Shown piece by piece: positions 11,548 to 22,335 of a DNA stretch of 64,000 nt. Below the pieces are notes generated by a model, which saw only the letters and a list, made by a program, of their open reading frames with translations, was not told the DNA's origin and made no database searches. The position numbers and the translations under genes were made by a program. The DNA comes from Trypanosoma brucei (Eukaryota): the NCBI GenBank assembly GCA_000002445.1, contig CM000208.1:800001-864000 (forward strand), in the 5' to 3' direction. Positions within the stretch are counted from its first letter, which is position 1. Each line of letters starts with the position of its first letter.

Positions 11548-12274
11548 GGAACAACTCCACTAACTATATTACTTTCAGTAGCTTTTTTTTGCTATCTTCC
11601 ATTGAAAGTTATCGACTCTTTTCGTAGTTGGGTGGATGTTTTTAAATCGCACGATATCGTGTCACACCTTGGTCGTCCCGCGGCACCCCCTTGGAATTGA
11701 GGTGAACCTGCGTATAAATTGTCTTCGAAGTTTGCGTGTGCGTACGAGTGACGTGGCGTACGGGTGGCTGTGTTTGTGGGAAGGGATTTGCTCCGTAGTT
11801 CTCTTTGTTCTGTTAATGTTAATGGCTGTGGAGAAAGGTGGCATCGTGTGTGGGAGGTTCAAGTGGAATAGGGGAACATACCCGAGCATGGGTAGCGGCA
11901 TCTTTTTTTGCGCGGGGAATTATGTCCCTCTAATGCATGAATGATCGCACGCTTCTGGAGTTGCAGTAATTTGTTCCGTGCTGATATGGTAGTTTCTCCC
12001 CTTCGACCACGGGTAGCGGTTGGACTCATAGTGTGCACCCCCAATTGTGACATTTCACCCACCATCGTTTCGAGATGTCTTGAGGTTTTGATAGCACCTA
12101 ACTGAGGCCGCCCTCCAGGCACCATGCCCCTGCGGCATGTTGCTTAAATATGTCGTGCAAAGGTTCCCTTTTTGTTCACACGTGGTGTGTGTACTTATAT
12201 TCTCTTTCCTTCTTACTTGACTAGGGGGCAGTTAGAATCGTATACACCTGTGGACGTTGGGAGGCACAGAGGGA

Positions 12275-14008
12275 ATGCAAGCGATAGGAACTTCGCCAAA
12301 GGCGCCTCTAGAGGGTGAGAGGGATTTACTTAAAGGGAGAACTGCAATGATTTCGATGCCTGATTGGTCCACAATGTACACGTGCAACCCTGCAGGGAAT
12401 AAAACATTGTTTGAGTTAGAGGCAATTGTTGTTAAGCGGCTGGAACTTCTGGGTTGGATCGACCAGCTGCTGAACTCACCGAACATGAAGAACCTCAGTC
12501 AACTACTTGACGAAGTGGGGGCCCACCTGCCACTTGAACGACGCAAACAGTCAACTCAGCCCGCGGCAGATCACGTCGTCCTTGGGAGAGATAGTGTCGA
12601 TGGCAGCACTTCTGACACCCCAGGATCGCGTGCACCGCGGCACTCTTCTCGCTCATTAACGGCCATGTTGTCAACGCAGAATGTCTTTGTGTTTGAGGGC
12701 GACGAGGATCTTCTTTCCCATCGGCTGGCCCGTTTTGTTTTCTGCATGAGCGAAAAGTGGCGCAAATGGTTCGTGCGCACGGAAGAGATGCTCCTTCGTG
12801 CAAGGCTCAGGCTCCAGCTTGCAAAATGTGAAGCTGATTTTCTTCCCAACCTCATGAGACTGAACGGTCTTCCTTGTGACGCCCTTACGGACGATCAGCA
12901 ACAGGACCCGCGCCTGCAGAAGTATATCATCTACCATACGGCTGTGCAAGGCAAGGGCCAGCTGCGCCGGGCCGATGAGTATTTTTTGGTTCCGTTGTCT
13001 CTAGCCACACGCTTGATAAAGGCGCGTAGTGTCCTTTGCTTGCGGGGCCATGCTATCCTTCACCGAGATCAGGTTCAAGAAGTGTTTGTAACCATGTTCT
13101 TATCGAAACTTAACAAAGGACTCCACGAGGCGTACCTCGCACGCATGAAGCTGTCGTCACACGAAGATCATGATGAAAGAGAAACCGTGATGAAAATGCT
13201 GGATGCTTTTTTGGAGTATTTTATCGAGGACACCATGAATGAGGTGCAGGAAGCTTCGGCTGGTGCTGTAGGTGCTGGTGATGTGCGCCATCTTGCGCAG
13301 ACACACTTCCCCCTTTGCATGCGTCAGGTGGACGAGCACCTTCGCCGTGAAGGTCACCTTAAGCATCAAGGGCGCTTCACATACGGACTGTTCCTCAAAG
13401 CGATCGGTTTGTCGATGCAAGATTCTATGGTCCTCTTTTCTTCTTTGATGACGTTGAAGGCTGGGGCTGCCGGGAAAGGGGACCCTGAAAGTTTTGCAAA
13501 AACATCGTACGGGTACAATATACGTCACAACTACGGTATGGAGGGTAAGAAAACTAGCTATAGTTCACTCTCGTGTACATCATTGCTGGGTTTGCCCCCA
13601 GTTGTCGATAAGTTTGATTGTCACGGTTGTCCGTTTCGCTTCAAGAATGAGAGTGCATTCCGGGGGGTGTTGTTAAAAGAACAGCTCCACCCACTTGGAA
13701 AGGGCCACTCATCAATTAGGCTTGCTGCAAGTGACATTGAAGATATTATACAGGATTGTAAAGGTCAGCATTATACACGGGCCTGCTACAAATATTTCAT
13801 GGCAACCCATCCAGGCGCGCGCCGCGATACGTTGTTTCGCTCCCCACACGAATATTATGTAACAAGTCGCGAAATGACTGATAAGGTGGGGGACTCTCTA
13901 TCTGACTCAACCCCAGCACATGAAACGCCCGGCAGGGATAATTTGAAGCGTTCGATCTTCACACCCACCTTGCGCGAGGATGTAGTCCGTCCGCGTGATT
14001 CTTTGTAG
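12275..14008 (+). CDS. PRI2: DNA primase large subunit (PriL/PRIM2)
   Basis: Track start 12257 is TTG and the first ATG is 12275. Strong similarity to the eukaryotic PriL C-terminal domain: 'FPLCMRQVDEHLRREGHLKHQGRFTYGLFLKAIGL', 'YGYNIRHNYGMEGKKTSYSSLSCTSLL', 'FDCHGCPFRF' and 'QHYTRACYKYF'. These hold all four Fe-S cluster cysteines at conserved positions. Confidence 0.85.
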   Translation: MQAIGTSPKAPLEGERDLLKGRTAMISMPDWSTMYTCNPAGNKTLFELEAIVVKRLELLGWIDQLLNSPNMKNLSQLLDEVGAHLPLERRKQSTQPAADHVVLGRDSVDGSTSDTPGSRAPRHSSRSLTAMLSTQNVFVFEGDEDLLSHRLARFVFCMSEKWRKWFVRTEEMLLRARLRLQLAKCEADFLPNLMRLNGLPCDALTDDQQQDPRLQKYIIYHTAVQGKGQLRRADEYFLVPLSLATRLIKARSVLCLRGHAILHRDQVQEVFVTMFLSKLNKGLHEAYLARMKLSSHEDHDERETVMKMLDAFLEYFIEDTMNEVQEASAGAVGAGDVRHLAQTHFPLCMRQVDEHLRREGHLKHQGRFTYGLFLKAIGLSMQDSMVLFSSLMTLKAGAAGKGDPESFAKTSYGYNIRHNYGMEGKKTSYSSLSCTSLLGLPPVVDKFDCHGCPFRFKNESAFRGVLLKEQLHPLGKGHSSIRLAASDIEDIIQDCKGQHYTRACYKYFMATHPGARRDTLFRSPHEYYVTSREMTDKVGDSLSDSTPAHETPGRDNLKRSIFTPTLREDVVRPRDSL

Positions 14009-14610
14009 GTGCTGTGCTACCAGTCTTGTTACATTCTCTGTAATTGCGCACATATCACTGGTTGGGCGGGAGAGAGGGTGCGTAGGTGCTGTATAAGGTG
14101 ACTCAGGATCCTTCGTGGGTAGAAGCGTATATATATATATACTTTTTTTATATGTGTTTGTGTTTGTGATTGTTTGGTTGTTGCTACTATCGCATAGAAG
14201 TGGGGTAGTTGTGACGTATATTTTGCGAAGGTATCATAGAGAGTTCTTGTATCTTGCTTGAGCGGCCCTCTTCAACTCGTGCTTCATAGATACACATCTT
14301 TATAGATTGTGAGGGATTACAGAACTGGTTTGACATGCGCCGAGCAAACGCTTTAGGATGGCGTTGTTGGTATTGTGTCCGCTTCTTTTTTTTGCATACA
14401 GATTTTTTTTACGTTGCTTTGTTCCATACCAACAAGCGTTACCCTTGTGGTGCACACAGCCTCATAGTAGGGCTTTGCTCCAGGTGTCTTCTTTCTTACC
14501 CCTTTGATCCCTCCTTGAAATGCTTGTGAGTGACGAAAAAACATTTGAACTCAATTTCGTATAGGTGGACAAATAGTGACTTAAGAAGGAACTTTCTCCT
14601 TTCGCTTCGC

Positions 14611-15309
14611 ATGCTCCGTTCCCCGTGGACTATGCTGTGTGGTGTCGGCCCACCGGGTCTGGCGCCAAAGCGGAAGCCAAAGATACGGATCGAGAGTGGT
14701 TATGAGCGGGAGAACCAAAAATATTACGAAGAGCGTGGGCACTTTTTTTCCGCCTTTGCAAGCATATCTATTCTATCACTCGGTTGTACCTTCCTATTCG
14801 TCCCTTTGTATCGTATGTACTGCGCCCCTACCGGCCGCGGCGCAGACCCGAAGTTCTACACGCCACAGGCTCAACGGGACCGAGAACAGTTGAATGAAAT
14901 GTATCCTGTACCCAAGAAGCTCCTCAAGGTGCGTTTTCTGAGCGATGTCGGCAATACGATGCCTATTGCCTTTGTTCCACTGCAGAAGGAGGTGGAGGTC
15001 TTGATAGGTGAACCTGCTCTGGCCTTTTACTCTGCATATAACCGTAGCAACCGCACTCTTTTGGGTGTTTCGTCCTATACAATTGCACCACCGGAGGCAA
15101 CAAACTACCTGAATAAAATTCAGTGTTTCTGTTTTGAAGAACAGCGGTTTAAACCACATGAGTTAGTCGAGATGCCAGTTTTCTTTTATATTGATCGTGA
15201 CTTTCTTAATGACCCGATGGTAAACTGGCTAGACGAGGTTATTGTCAACTATACTTTCTTCAACTTAGAGAAAACTAAGGACATAATTTTTCGGTCGAAT
15301 TTAGCGTAG
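14611..15309 (+). CDS. COX11: Cytochrome c oxidase assembly protein COX11 (CtaG), mitochondrial
   Basis: Track start 14530 is GTG and the first ATG is 14611 (MLRSPWTMLCG..., presequence-like). A single TM 'ISILSLGCTFLFVPLYRMYC' is present. The conserved COX11 copper-binding 'KIQCFCFEEQ' (CFCF motif) and the C-terminal 'NYTFFNLE'-type beta region are present. Confidence 0.85.
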   Translation: MLRSPWTMLCGVGPPGLAPKRKPKIRIESGYERENQKYYEERGHFFSAFASISILSLGCTFLFVPLYRMYCAPTGRGADPKFYTPQAQRDREQLNEMYPVPKKLLKVRFLSDVGNTMPIAFVPLQKEVEVLIGEPALAFYSAYNRSNRTLLGVSSYTIAPPEATNYLNKIQCFCFEEQRFKPHELVEMPVFFYIDRDFLNDPMVNWLDEVIVNYTFFNLEKTKDIIFRSNLA

Positions 15310-15929
15310 CACATAAGCGACTACTTGTCCACATGGGGAAACTGAAGAGGCCTTAAAACCGCACATGTTACGGAAAGACGAGGGCTGCATGGACTACCAG
15401 GCGGTTTCGTACGCTGTGTGAATGAGTTGTAGTTGTCAGTCGCGGGTAGCTACCTGTGAAAAATGTCTCAGATTTTTTTTTTCCGACGCGCGCCGCGTGT
15501 ATTTTATCGTGTGTGGCGCAGGACGGTGTCGCCTACCACTTACCGGACGTTTATAAAGGTCAAATGCCTCCCTCACCCTCCGTCACATACGTGTATGTGC
15601 GTTCGAAAAATTGTGTGGTGTTATGAATGTACGGTTCCCTGCTGTGTTTGTATTTCTCTTACTTCCTTTTTGTTACGCCTTTAAAAATACATTCAGACTT
15701 TATTTTAGTCTCTGAAGTGAACTAGAATTTTTTGTTTTCGATAGTCCGCGCACCGCAATTACACGACTACGTGTGGGGACGGTACTGTTGTGTAGCTATC
15801 AGCTGTCGGAGGGGTGTGAATCAGGTGCCCCGTCCAAGGATAAGAAAAAAAATACTGAAAAGAGGAACATATATACATTAACACTAACGAAGAAAGAAAG
15901 AGACGCTCAAAAGGGGGCAATATCAGGGG

Positions 15930-18284
15930 ATGAATGTTCTCATTGGAAAACGTGAGCTTTTTGCATTCGCGGAACGCTACTCCGAGTGCCGCATAAAGGA
16001 GTATGCAGAGCTGGCAGATGGTGCCATACTGTGTTCTTTGTTCGCTGCCGTGTTTCCAAATATGCGCATTCGGACTGCAACATCGCAGACGCACACACGT
16101 TCTCAGCTTGCGCATGCAAACTGGTCAGCTTTACGCAAAGCGTTAAGTGCTGTTGGCATCCCTCCGTCGTTGCTTAACCGTGAAAGGCTGCAGTGTGGCG
16201 ATGCTGAAAGCGGCTTCTCCGCCCTTGTGCTTTTCTACTTTTTGTTTCACCTGTCGAGGCGCAGCGACTTCTCTGCAGAGTTCGCCGCTGATGTCTCTGA
16301 AGAGCTCACAGAGTTTCTTCAGTCAGTTGATTCCATCGCGGCACTTGTTGCTGGAGGCGCCATGTCCTTAAGCGCGGTTCCACTGCCTTTACAAGAGCAA
16401 TTGCGAGGTGCTATTATGAGAACACGTGAAGGATGTGGGCTTCCAGAAGGCGGGAAGGAGAGTGGAAGAAGTTGTGGTGATACGGGCTTAGACACTGCTT
16501 GTCCCTCATCTGTTGTCCTTGCTGTGCAGATGGATGGAGGAGATAATGAAAACAACGAGAAAACAACATCGGATGACCTAAAAAGGCCGCCGAGTTTCAG
16601 TTCTCCCGAAAAATTTGCTGAGAGGAAGGATGACCGAGTGCCTCAAGAGACAGGGGGAAACGAAAGGGAAGTCCACTCCGGTTATTCAGTCTGTAGGAAG
16701 TGGAAACAAGATGACAGAGAGTGTGAAGAGGCATATGACACTATCGACCACTGCGATAGCTGCAGGGGTGGCGATGCTGGGTATCGTAGAATGGCTGCTG
16801 GTGTGGCGGAGGAAGTGGGTGATGAGTTGATGGCGCCCATATTTCAACAAAATCGTGATCTTCAAGAGTTACTAATGGTCAAAGAAAAGAAGTGTGAGGA
16901 ATTAAAAGCACAGAACTTAGAACTACTTGGCCACTTAACTAAACTCCGCATCCAGTATTCGATGGAAAAAGCTTTGCCCTGGCAGGGTGACGATACAGCG
17001 AACGAATCTACCAAAGTGGAGAAGGGTGAACTTCTAGCATCGGAGGAAGTGCAACACCTGCGCTCTGTTCTGCAGACCACAAGATCGGAGCGTCGCCGAC
17101 TTGCGGCAAAGGATGGTGTTCCTATCGATGAACTTCTGGGGGGCATCGTTGATGCGGAGACGGGAGAAGTAATTGATGTTGAAAACGAGGCCACTTTGCT
17201 TAATGGTGTGCTCGCTGATGTTCTTCGTGATATTCCTCGCGATCGGCGCGAGGCCCAGAGATGTCTTTGGCGCATTGTGTCCGCCTTCAACGTTTTGGAA
17301 GAACGTCTTGCAGTTGCAGTTGGTACACAAAAACCGAATTGTGAGCGAGTGAAAAGGGAAGCAAATACGATCTTTGGTGATGACGGTGGCGAATGTGGGT
17401 CACCTGCTTCGGTTTTCCGCCCCCCCACCACTCCGTGCACCACCGCAAAACTTGTTGAGTCTTGTGATGATTCATCAATGTTTGATCTAAAGGCCCCCGC
17501 CGACCCTTCTTTGTCGCCTGAAAACATTTTCTCGCGGTTAAAGGAGGAGATGATACTGCGACAGAGGCGATTTGAACGCCAGCTTATTCAACTGCACGAC
17601 AATGAGGCACGACTGCAGAAACGTATCCATGTACTACAGAACAAAATCTGCCATTTGTGTCAGAGGTCTCTGGAACGTGATTTGACGTGGAAGTCCTTGT
17701 GCGCTGCAATCTGTGAAGCCGAACGCACTTCACTTCTTGTTGCAGATGCGGAGAGTGAGGAAGCGGTGGAACGGCTGCTGGAACAAAGGAATGCATGCTA
17801 CATACGTGCAGACGAAGTATCGGCTTCGCTTATGCGGGACCAAGAGGAGCAAGGTGATGCTCTTATTATGCCCGGTGGCCATGAGAACGACTGCCACGAT
17901 GTGTGTGAAACAATGAAGGTGCTCCTTGAGAGCGTTACGCAGGACAGAGACAAACTGTTAAAGGAACTCGAAGCTCTGCAAGACGTGGGTGAAACTGGGC
18001 GCAATCAAAGAACTGAGCACCAGCAACGGTTGTCAAAGGGTGACTTGAGAAAGTCTGTGCGAACGCTTCTGCAGGAGGAGGGTCACTCGAGCAATGGGGA
18101 GTGGTTTGCGCAAACAAGCACGTTTTTTCCCTTTGCTTCCTCACCTTCAAAACTTGTGCTGAAGAATTCGGTGTCCGCAGCACAACAGGAGGACGGTCGA
18201 CCCCTTCATGGGGGTCGTTGCCCATTGCCTCCAGGGGAAAACCTTTCTGCGCTGCTCTCATTGCCTGGAGTGATAGGACGGTAA
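15930..18284 (+). CDS. Hypothetical protein with an N-terminal calponin-homology-like (Hook/EB1/SPEF1-type) region followed by long coiled-coil segments
   Basis: True ATG. The N-terminus 'ELFAFAERYSECRIKEYAELADGAILCSLFAAVFPNM...ANWSALRKALSAVGI' fits the CH-domain hydrophobic pattern. The central and C-terminal parts are heptad-rich (E/L/R/Q). Confidence 0.55.
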   Translation: MNVLIGKRELFAFAERYSECRIKEYAELADGAILCSLFAAVFPNMRIRTATSQTHTRSQLAHANWSALRKALSAVGIPPSLLNRERLQCGDAESGFSALVLFYFLFHLSRRSDFSAEFAADVSEELTEFLQSVDSIAALVAGGAMSLSAVPLPLQEQLRGAIMRTREGCGLPEGGKESGRSCGDTGLDTACPSSVVLAVQMDGGDNENNEKTTSDDLKRPPSFSSPEKFAERKDDRVPQETGGNEREVHSGYSVCRKWKQDDRECEEAYDTIDHCDSCRGGDAGYRRMAAGVAEEVGDELMAPIFQQNRDLQELLMVKEKKCEELKAQNLELLGHLTKLRIQYSMEKALPWQGDDTANESTKVEKGELLASEEVQHLRSVLQTTRSERRRLAAKDGVPIDELLGGIVDAETGEVIDVENEATLLNGVLADVLRDIPRDRREAQRCLWRIVSAFNVLEERLAVAVGTQKPNCERVKREANTIFGDDGGECGSPASVFRPPTTPCTTAKLVESCDDSSMFDLKAPADPSLSPENIFSRLKEEMILRQRRFERQLIQLHDNEARLQKRIHVLQNKICHLCQRSLERDLTWKSLCAAICEAERTSLLVADAESEEAVERLLEQRNACYIRADEVSASLMRDQEEQGDALIMPGGHENDCHDVCETMKVLLESVTQDRDKLLKELEALQDVGETGRNQRTEHQQRLSKGDLRKSVRTLLQEEGHSSNGEWFAQTSTFFPFASSPSKLVLKNSVSAAQQEDGRPLHGGRCPLPPGENLSALLSLPGVIGR

Positions 18285-18526
18285 AATTTCCTCAAGCAAC
18301 TACCTGTTTGCCTTTCCTCAAGTAGAGTTGCTATAAAGACATAGACTTTTTACACTTATGTTTGTCCATAGAGTTGGGGAAAACATAGATTTATTTAATG
18401 AAAGGGTTAAGTGATCTCATCGATAACCTCTTTGCCAGTGGTAATAGCCCCATTTTTTTGTTCTCTCAACTCTTCCATTTCGTTTTGTTTCGCGGAAAAC
18501 CCTTTTTCCAGAAGAGATTCTGGGAA

Positions 18527-18545
18527 GTGTGTGTGTGTGTGTGTG
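18527..18545. repeat. (GT)n microsatellite
   Basis: 'gtgtgtgtgtgtgtgtgtg' in the intergenic region upstream of the LRR gene. A similar (GT)n lies at 50386-50404 and a (TA)n at 50314-50329. Confidence 0.9.
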
Positions 18546-18726
18546 ACAACCTGGTCACTGGTCTGCGGCCATAACCGCTTTTCTTTTGAGACCCAATGCG
18601 CTTCATACGTGTGACTATGTAGCGTTTTTTGTCACGTTTTGAGCGTTTCGGAAGGAGTGCATGTTTTTTTCGTTGTGCGCGAGGGCTTCTTAACCGTTTC
18701 TGTTTATTAAAGTTTATGCTTGTTTT

Positions 18727-18765
18727 ATCTCTGTCTTATCTCTTAGGTTTTAGTGCATAGCGGTA
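18727..18765 (+). promoter_or_regulatory. Poly-pyrimidine tract/AG splice-acceptor region for the LRR gene
   Basis: 'atctctgtcttatctcttaggttttag' lies 15-50 nt upstream of the ATG at 18779. Confidence 0.5.
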
Positions 18766-18778
18766 CTTTACACGTACC

Positions 18779-20671
18779 ATGTACACCGTGGCTCCTGCTC
18801 CGGGTTGTCTTTCCCGCCAACTGCACGTTTCTGGACGTAATAAAAACATTAAAGACATTGATCTTGGTGCTGTTTTCTTTACGCATGAGGATAAGGAGAC
18901 TCTGGCCCTTATTACATCGTTCGACCTTTCACATAACTGCATTGAAAAGTTACTACATCTGGATGCCCTCGTGTCTCTTACAAGTTTGGACGTGAGTCAC
19001 AACCGCATTAACGTTGTTGGCACACTCCCTATTACCATCACACGGTTGAATCTCTCTAACAACGGGTTGGTAACGCTTGACAACGTTGGGGCACTGCGAA
19101 ATCTGCGTGAGCTGGATGTGAGCCACAATAGGCTCGATTCCTTTATTGGCCTGCGGTCCATTTCCACGCTCCAGATATTGAGGGCTGACAATAACCGTAT
19201 TTTTAGTGTGTCGGAGCTGGGCTGCATGACCTCGCTGCATTTTCTCAGTCTTGATCATAACGTGATTAGAAATGTCAACGAGCTTGTCTTTCTTACATCG
19301 ACCAAGCACCTTGAGATGCTTTCGTTATGTGGTAATCCCGTTTCAAACATGAAGGGATACAAAAAACTTATAACTCAGTTGTGCCCCGGTCTTCTTTCCC
19401 TGGATGGATTGCCTCTTGCAAGCGACACATCGGAGTGTGTCGTTGATGTGCCGGACGACGACGAGGAGGATGAGGAATTACTTACTCCTGTCGCACGACT
19501 AGGGCCGTGCCCGGCCCCGCACCCGCTGTTGAAGACTAATCGTGCCGTCCATGGTGGAAATGTTCGCGTTAATGGCTTTCTTCTTGTGGAAGGACAAGGA
19601 GGTGAGTCGGCTACTGGAAAAGGCGGCCGTGCAGATTCCTCTGTTCGCCGTTCTGTAGTTGCTACCAAGTGCTGTGGAAACAAGCAGTCTGCTGCAACCG
19701 AAACAGGAAAGCCCCCGGAAAATGATCTTTCGAGCATCAAGGTTGCTAGTAGTGATACTTCCGTGTCCTCAAAGCAACGGGACTCTCTAAATGTGGGCCC
19801 AGAAGGATCAGAACGGCCCCAGCGGGGAATGCAAAAACAGCGGAAGCTGCAGCAACTGCAGACTAGAGGGTCAGGCGTTGAAGCTCCTACCATCTCTAAA
19901 ACCACTTCTTCATACGCCAGTAAGATTGCATCCAAAGTTTCTCATCATTCAAGCGAGGAAAAAGACGGGAGTTCATCTTTTTCCGGTTCCCAACCTTCGC
20001 GAGATACCGAGCGATTACTGCGGGAGACACAGGTGCTTGTAGAGGAGCTTAGGAAAGAAAATGGATACCTGCGCGCGCGCAACAAGAAGATTGAGGCCCA
20101 GCTGAGAGAGGTGCGCAGAGTTGTGACGCACCAGCTTGACGATATAACGGACCTAAGAAAGCGATGTGCTGCTGCCGAGAGCCTTGTGGCTGCGTCCAAA
20201 GAGCAAATGGAAAAAGTTAAACGGCACGCGCGTGCCACTGGAAAATACACACACAGTGCGGTGGATGCTATGGCTCTGGAGCAGGAGCGCCTGCGGGCAG
20301 GTTACGAGGCTCAGATTGCGGACCTCAACGTGCAGCTGAGGGACGCGCAGATGCGATCAAAGAAAGCGACAATGTGTCCTATCCAACAATCGAGAAGTGG
20401 GAAGGTCCTAACGTTAAACACAGAAGATATTAATGGTGCCTGCACCGAAATTGAAATATCGTTGGGAGAGGGTATGAGTAGTCCTACGAGAGAGGGATGT
20501 GAGTTATCTCTTGTTTTGTCTCCCACCGACACGACGACAAGCGACTCGGAACGCTCTGTTACACGCGACTTTTGTGATGATGCTGGAGTTTTGAATGGCA
20601 GTGTAAACACATCCGGCATCCACAAACCTAAAGGCACGAGGGACACCGAAGAGAGCGCGTGTCTTGAATGA
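18779..20671 (+). CDS. Leucine-rich repeat protein with C-terminal coiled-coil
   Basis: True ATG preceded by a poly-Y/AG at 18727-18765. At least 7 consecutive ~22-aa LRRs (LxxLxLSHNxIxxV: 'LDVSHNRINVV', 'LNLSNNGLVTL', 'LDVSHNRLDSF', 'LRADNNRIFSV', 'LSLDHNVIRNV', 'LSLCGNPV') are followed by an acidic stretch and a coiled-coil. Confidence 0.7.
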   Translation: MYTVAPAPGCLSRQLHVSGRNKNIKDIDLGAVFFTHEDKETLALITSFDLSHNCIEKLLHLDALVSLTSLDVSHNRINVVGTLPITITRLNLSNNGLVTLDNVGALRNLRELDVSHNRLDSFIGLRSISTLQILRADNNRIFSVSELGCMTSLHFLSLDHNVIRNVNELVFLTSTKHLEMLSLCGNPVSNMKGYKKLITQLCPGLLSLDGLPLASDTSECVVDVPDDDEEDEELLTPVARLGPCPAPHPLLKTNRAVHGGNVRVNGFLLVEGQGGESATGKGGRADSSVRRSVVATKCCGNKQSAATETGKPPENDLSSIKVASSDTSVSSKQRDSLNVGPEGSERPQRGMQKQRKLQQLQTRGSGVEAPTISKTTSSYASKIASKVSHHSSEEKDGSSSFSGSQPSRDTERLLRETQVLVEELRKENGYLRARNKKIEAQLREVRRVVTHQLDDITDLRKRCAAAESLVAASKEQMEKVKRHARATGKYTHSAVDAMALEQERLRAGYEAQIADLNVQLRDAQMRSKKATMCPIQQSRSGKVLTLNTEDINGACTEIEISLGEGMSSPTREGCELSLVLSPTDTTTSDSERSVTRDFCDDAGVLNGSVNTSGIHKPKGTRDTEESACLE

Positions 20672-21309
20672 CTGTCGTAGTTGCTGTTAGTGGGAACCGT
20701 AACCATCTTTGGAGTTTTTTTTTTCGCACCTCCTCCCCTAAGGCAATGTGAGTTCGACTGGATACATCACTTGATCATGCCTGCCTGGGGTGAGATACTG
20801 GTTCCTTGGGCAGACTGTGAGGCAGCCATCTGGGGCACTGGTTGATTCACGTAACATTTAGTTCTCCTGTTACCTGCAAGTGACGGAGGTGCAATTGTAG
20901 CGGCTAGGTGACGAGATCTGCCTTTGTGTTTCATGAATACATTGTGGAACTTGTAGCATCCTGCGTGTTGTCCGTGCGTTAAGGTTCACCCCTGTCTATT
21001 TGTGAGTGGTGAGTGGGGTATGAATCTCATCCCTTGAAAACATTTTTCACTTTGGAGTGCCTTGTTTTTGCTGCAAATTGGGGTCTTCTGTCCTTTGGTT
21101 GTATATTTTTTTCCTCCCCATTTACGGCCTTTTTCCAGGTTGCTTTTCGGGACTCCCCATGTTTTGTCGCTTTTGTGGTTTACGGTCGTGCTAGAGCCAT
21201 TAAACTTTTATCTCAATGATTTTTCTTCCCCGCCGTCACGGTGACAAACACAAACGTGTATGTATGTGTATCCGTGAACTGTACATTTAGAAGACAAAGG
21301 AACAAGACC

Positions 21310-21927
21310 ATGGTATCCAACGGTAAAACCAACGGCAACGAGCGGAGCATAACCGGACGGGAACTCCGACCTGTTGAAGGACTTCAGATACGTGTACTTG
21401 ACGATCCACGCTTAGTTGAACGCATCCGCGTTTTAGATGGGTATTGCTTGCCTATTAAGTACGGGGACCACTACTATGACACGTACGTGCGGCCTTGTGC
21501 TCACAGGTATAGCCAAATTGCCCTCTTTCACGACATGCTTGTGGGGAGTTGTACCTGTAGACTTGAGCGCACTGAGGATGAGGATGAGTTTTTTCTCTAT
21601 ATCATGACGATTGCAGTACTTGAGCCGTATCGGCGGCTCGGTGTTGGTAGTCGGTTGCTTGAGAGCGTCCTACGTGCAGTGGCTAGCGAGACGAAGGTAC
21701 GCGTCCGGCAGGTGACGTTGCATATGCAGGTGAGTTCTCCAGTGATTGAATTTTACAAAACGTTTGGGTTTGAAGTAATGGAAAGAGTGCCAGACTACTA
21801 TACAAACTTGGACGAATGTGACGCCTACCTCCTCCGCAAGGTGATTGACCAACCCCATCTTGAGTCAAAGCAACATCAAAATCGAAAAGCAAAGGGGGGT
21901 GCTGGAAAGGGTGGGAAGGCGAAGTGA
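21310..21927 (+). CDS. N-alpha-acetyltransferase, Naa50 (NAT5/San)-like GNAT
   Basis: Track start 21241 is GTG and the first ATG is 21310. The GNAT core aligns with Naa50: 'YIMTIAVLEPYRRLGVGSRLLESVL' against human 'YIMTLGCLAPYRRLGIGTKMLNHVL', and 'LHMQVSSPVIEFYKTFGFEVMERVPDYYTNLDECDAYLLRK' against '[42 protein letters not shown]'. A K-rich tail follows. Confidence 0.75.
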   Translation: MVSNGKTNGNERSITGRELRPVEGLQIRVLDDPRLVERIRVLDGYCLPIKYGDHYYDTYVRPCAHRYSQIALFHDMLVGSCTCRLERTEDEDEFFLYIMTIAVLEPYRRLGVGSRLLESVLRAVASETKVRVRQVTLHMQVSSPVIEFYKTFGFEVMERVPDYYTNLDECDAYLLRKVIDQPHLESKQHQNRKAKGGAGKGGKAK

Positions 21928-22335
21928 AAGCAATGGGAGTATGGTGAAGAAATAGGGTTAGCTGCGCGAATTTGTACTTCGTCGGTGCATGCGCGCCCCG
22001 GAATGAGCGTTCCATGGGACAATGACGCTGCTGCTTTCTTCCCCCCCCCCCATAACGAGGAATATAAATAGTTTAAATAAACACATAAAAGTGTGTACCT
22101 TCGGTTAAATTATATCCTCTTGAGGGCATTGTGTCGCTACCTCGTTCTTGGTCTTCAATCTCGACTCGCCATTTTTTTTTTTATACCTCCTTTGGTGCTT
22201 CGGCAATGCGTTTCGTTACCTGGTCAACAGCGGAGGGAGGTTTTCGAAGGATCGTTGGGTAAAGAGTTAGGTAGATCGTGATAATTTGCGGAGTCGGAGG
22301 GGCTGACAACAAGCAACAGCTACCGGGCAACGACA

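Noticed and set aside
19375-19935. Minus-strand ORFs antisense to long + genes. Others are 8078..8566, 16862..17527, 51963..52406, 56962..57471, 22181..22747 and 5150..5668.
   Set aside because: They overlap confidently assigned + strand genes. Their composition is R/S/A-rich, typical of antisense frames of GC-rich coding DNA, and no domains are present. 22181..22747 is the least certain rejection because the + strand partner is itself weak.
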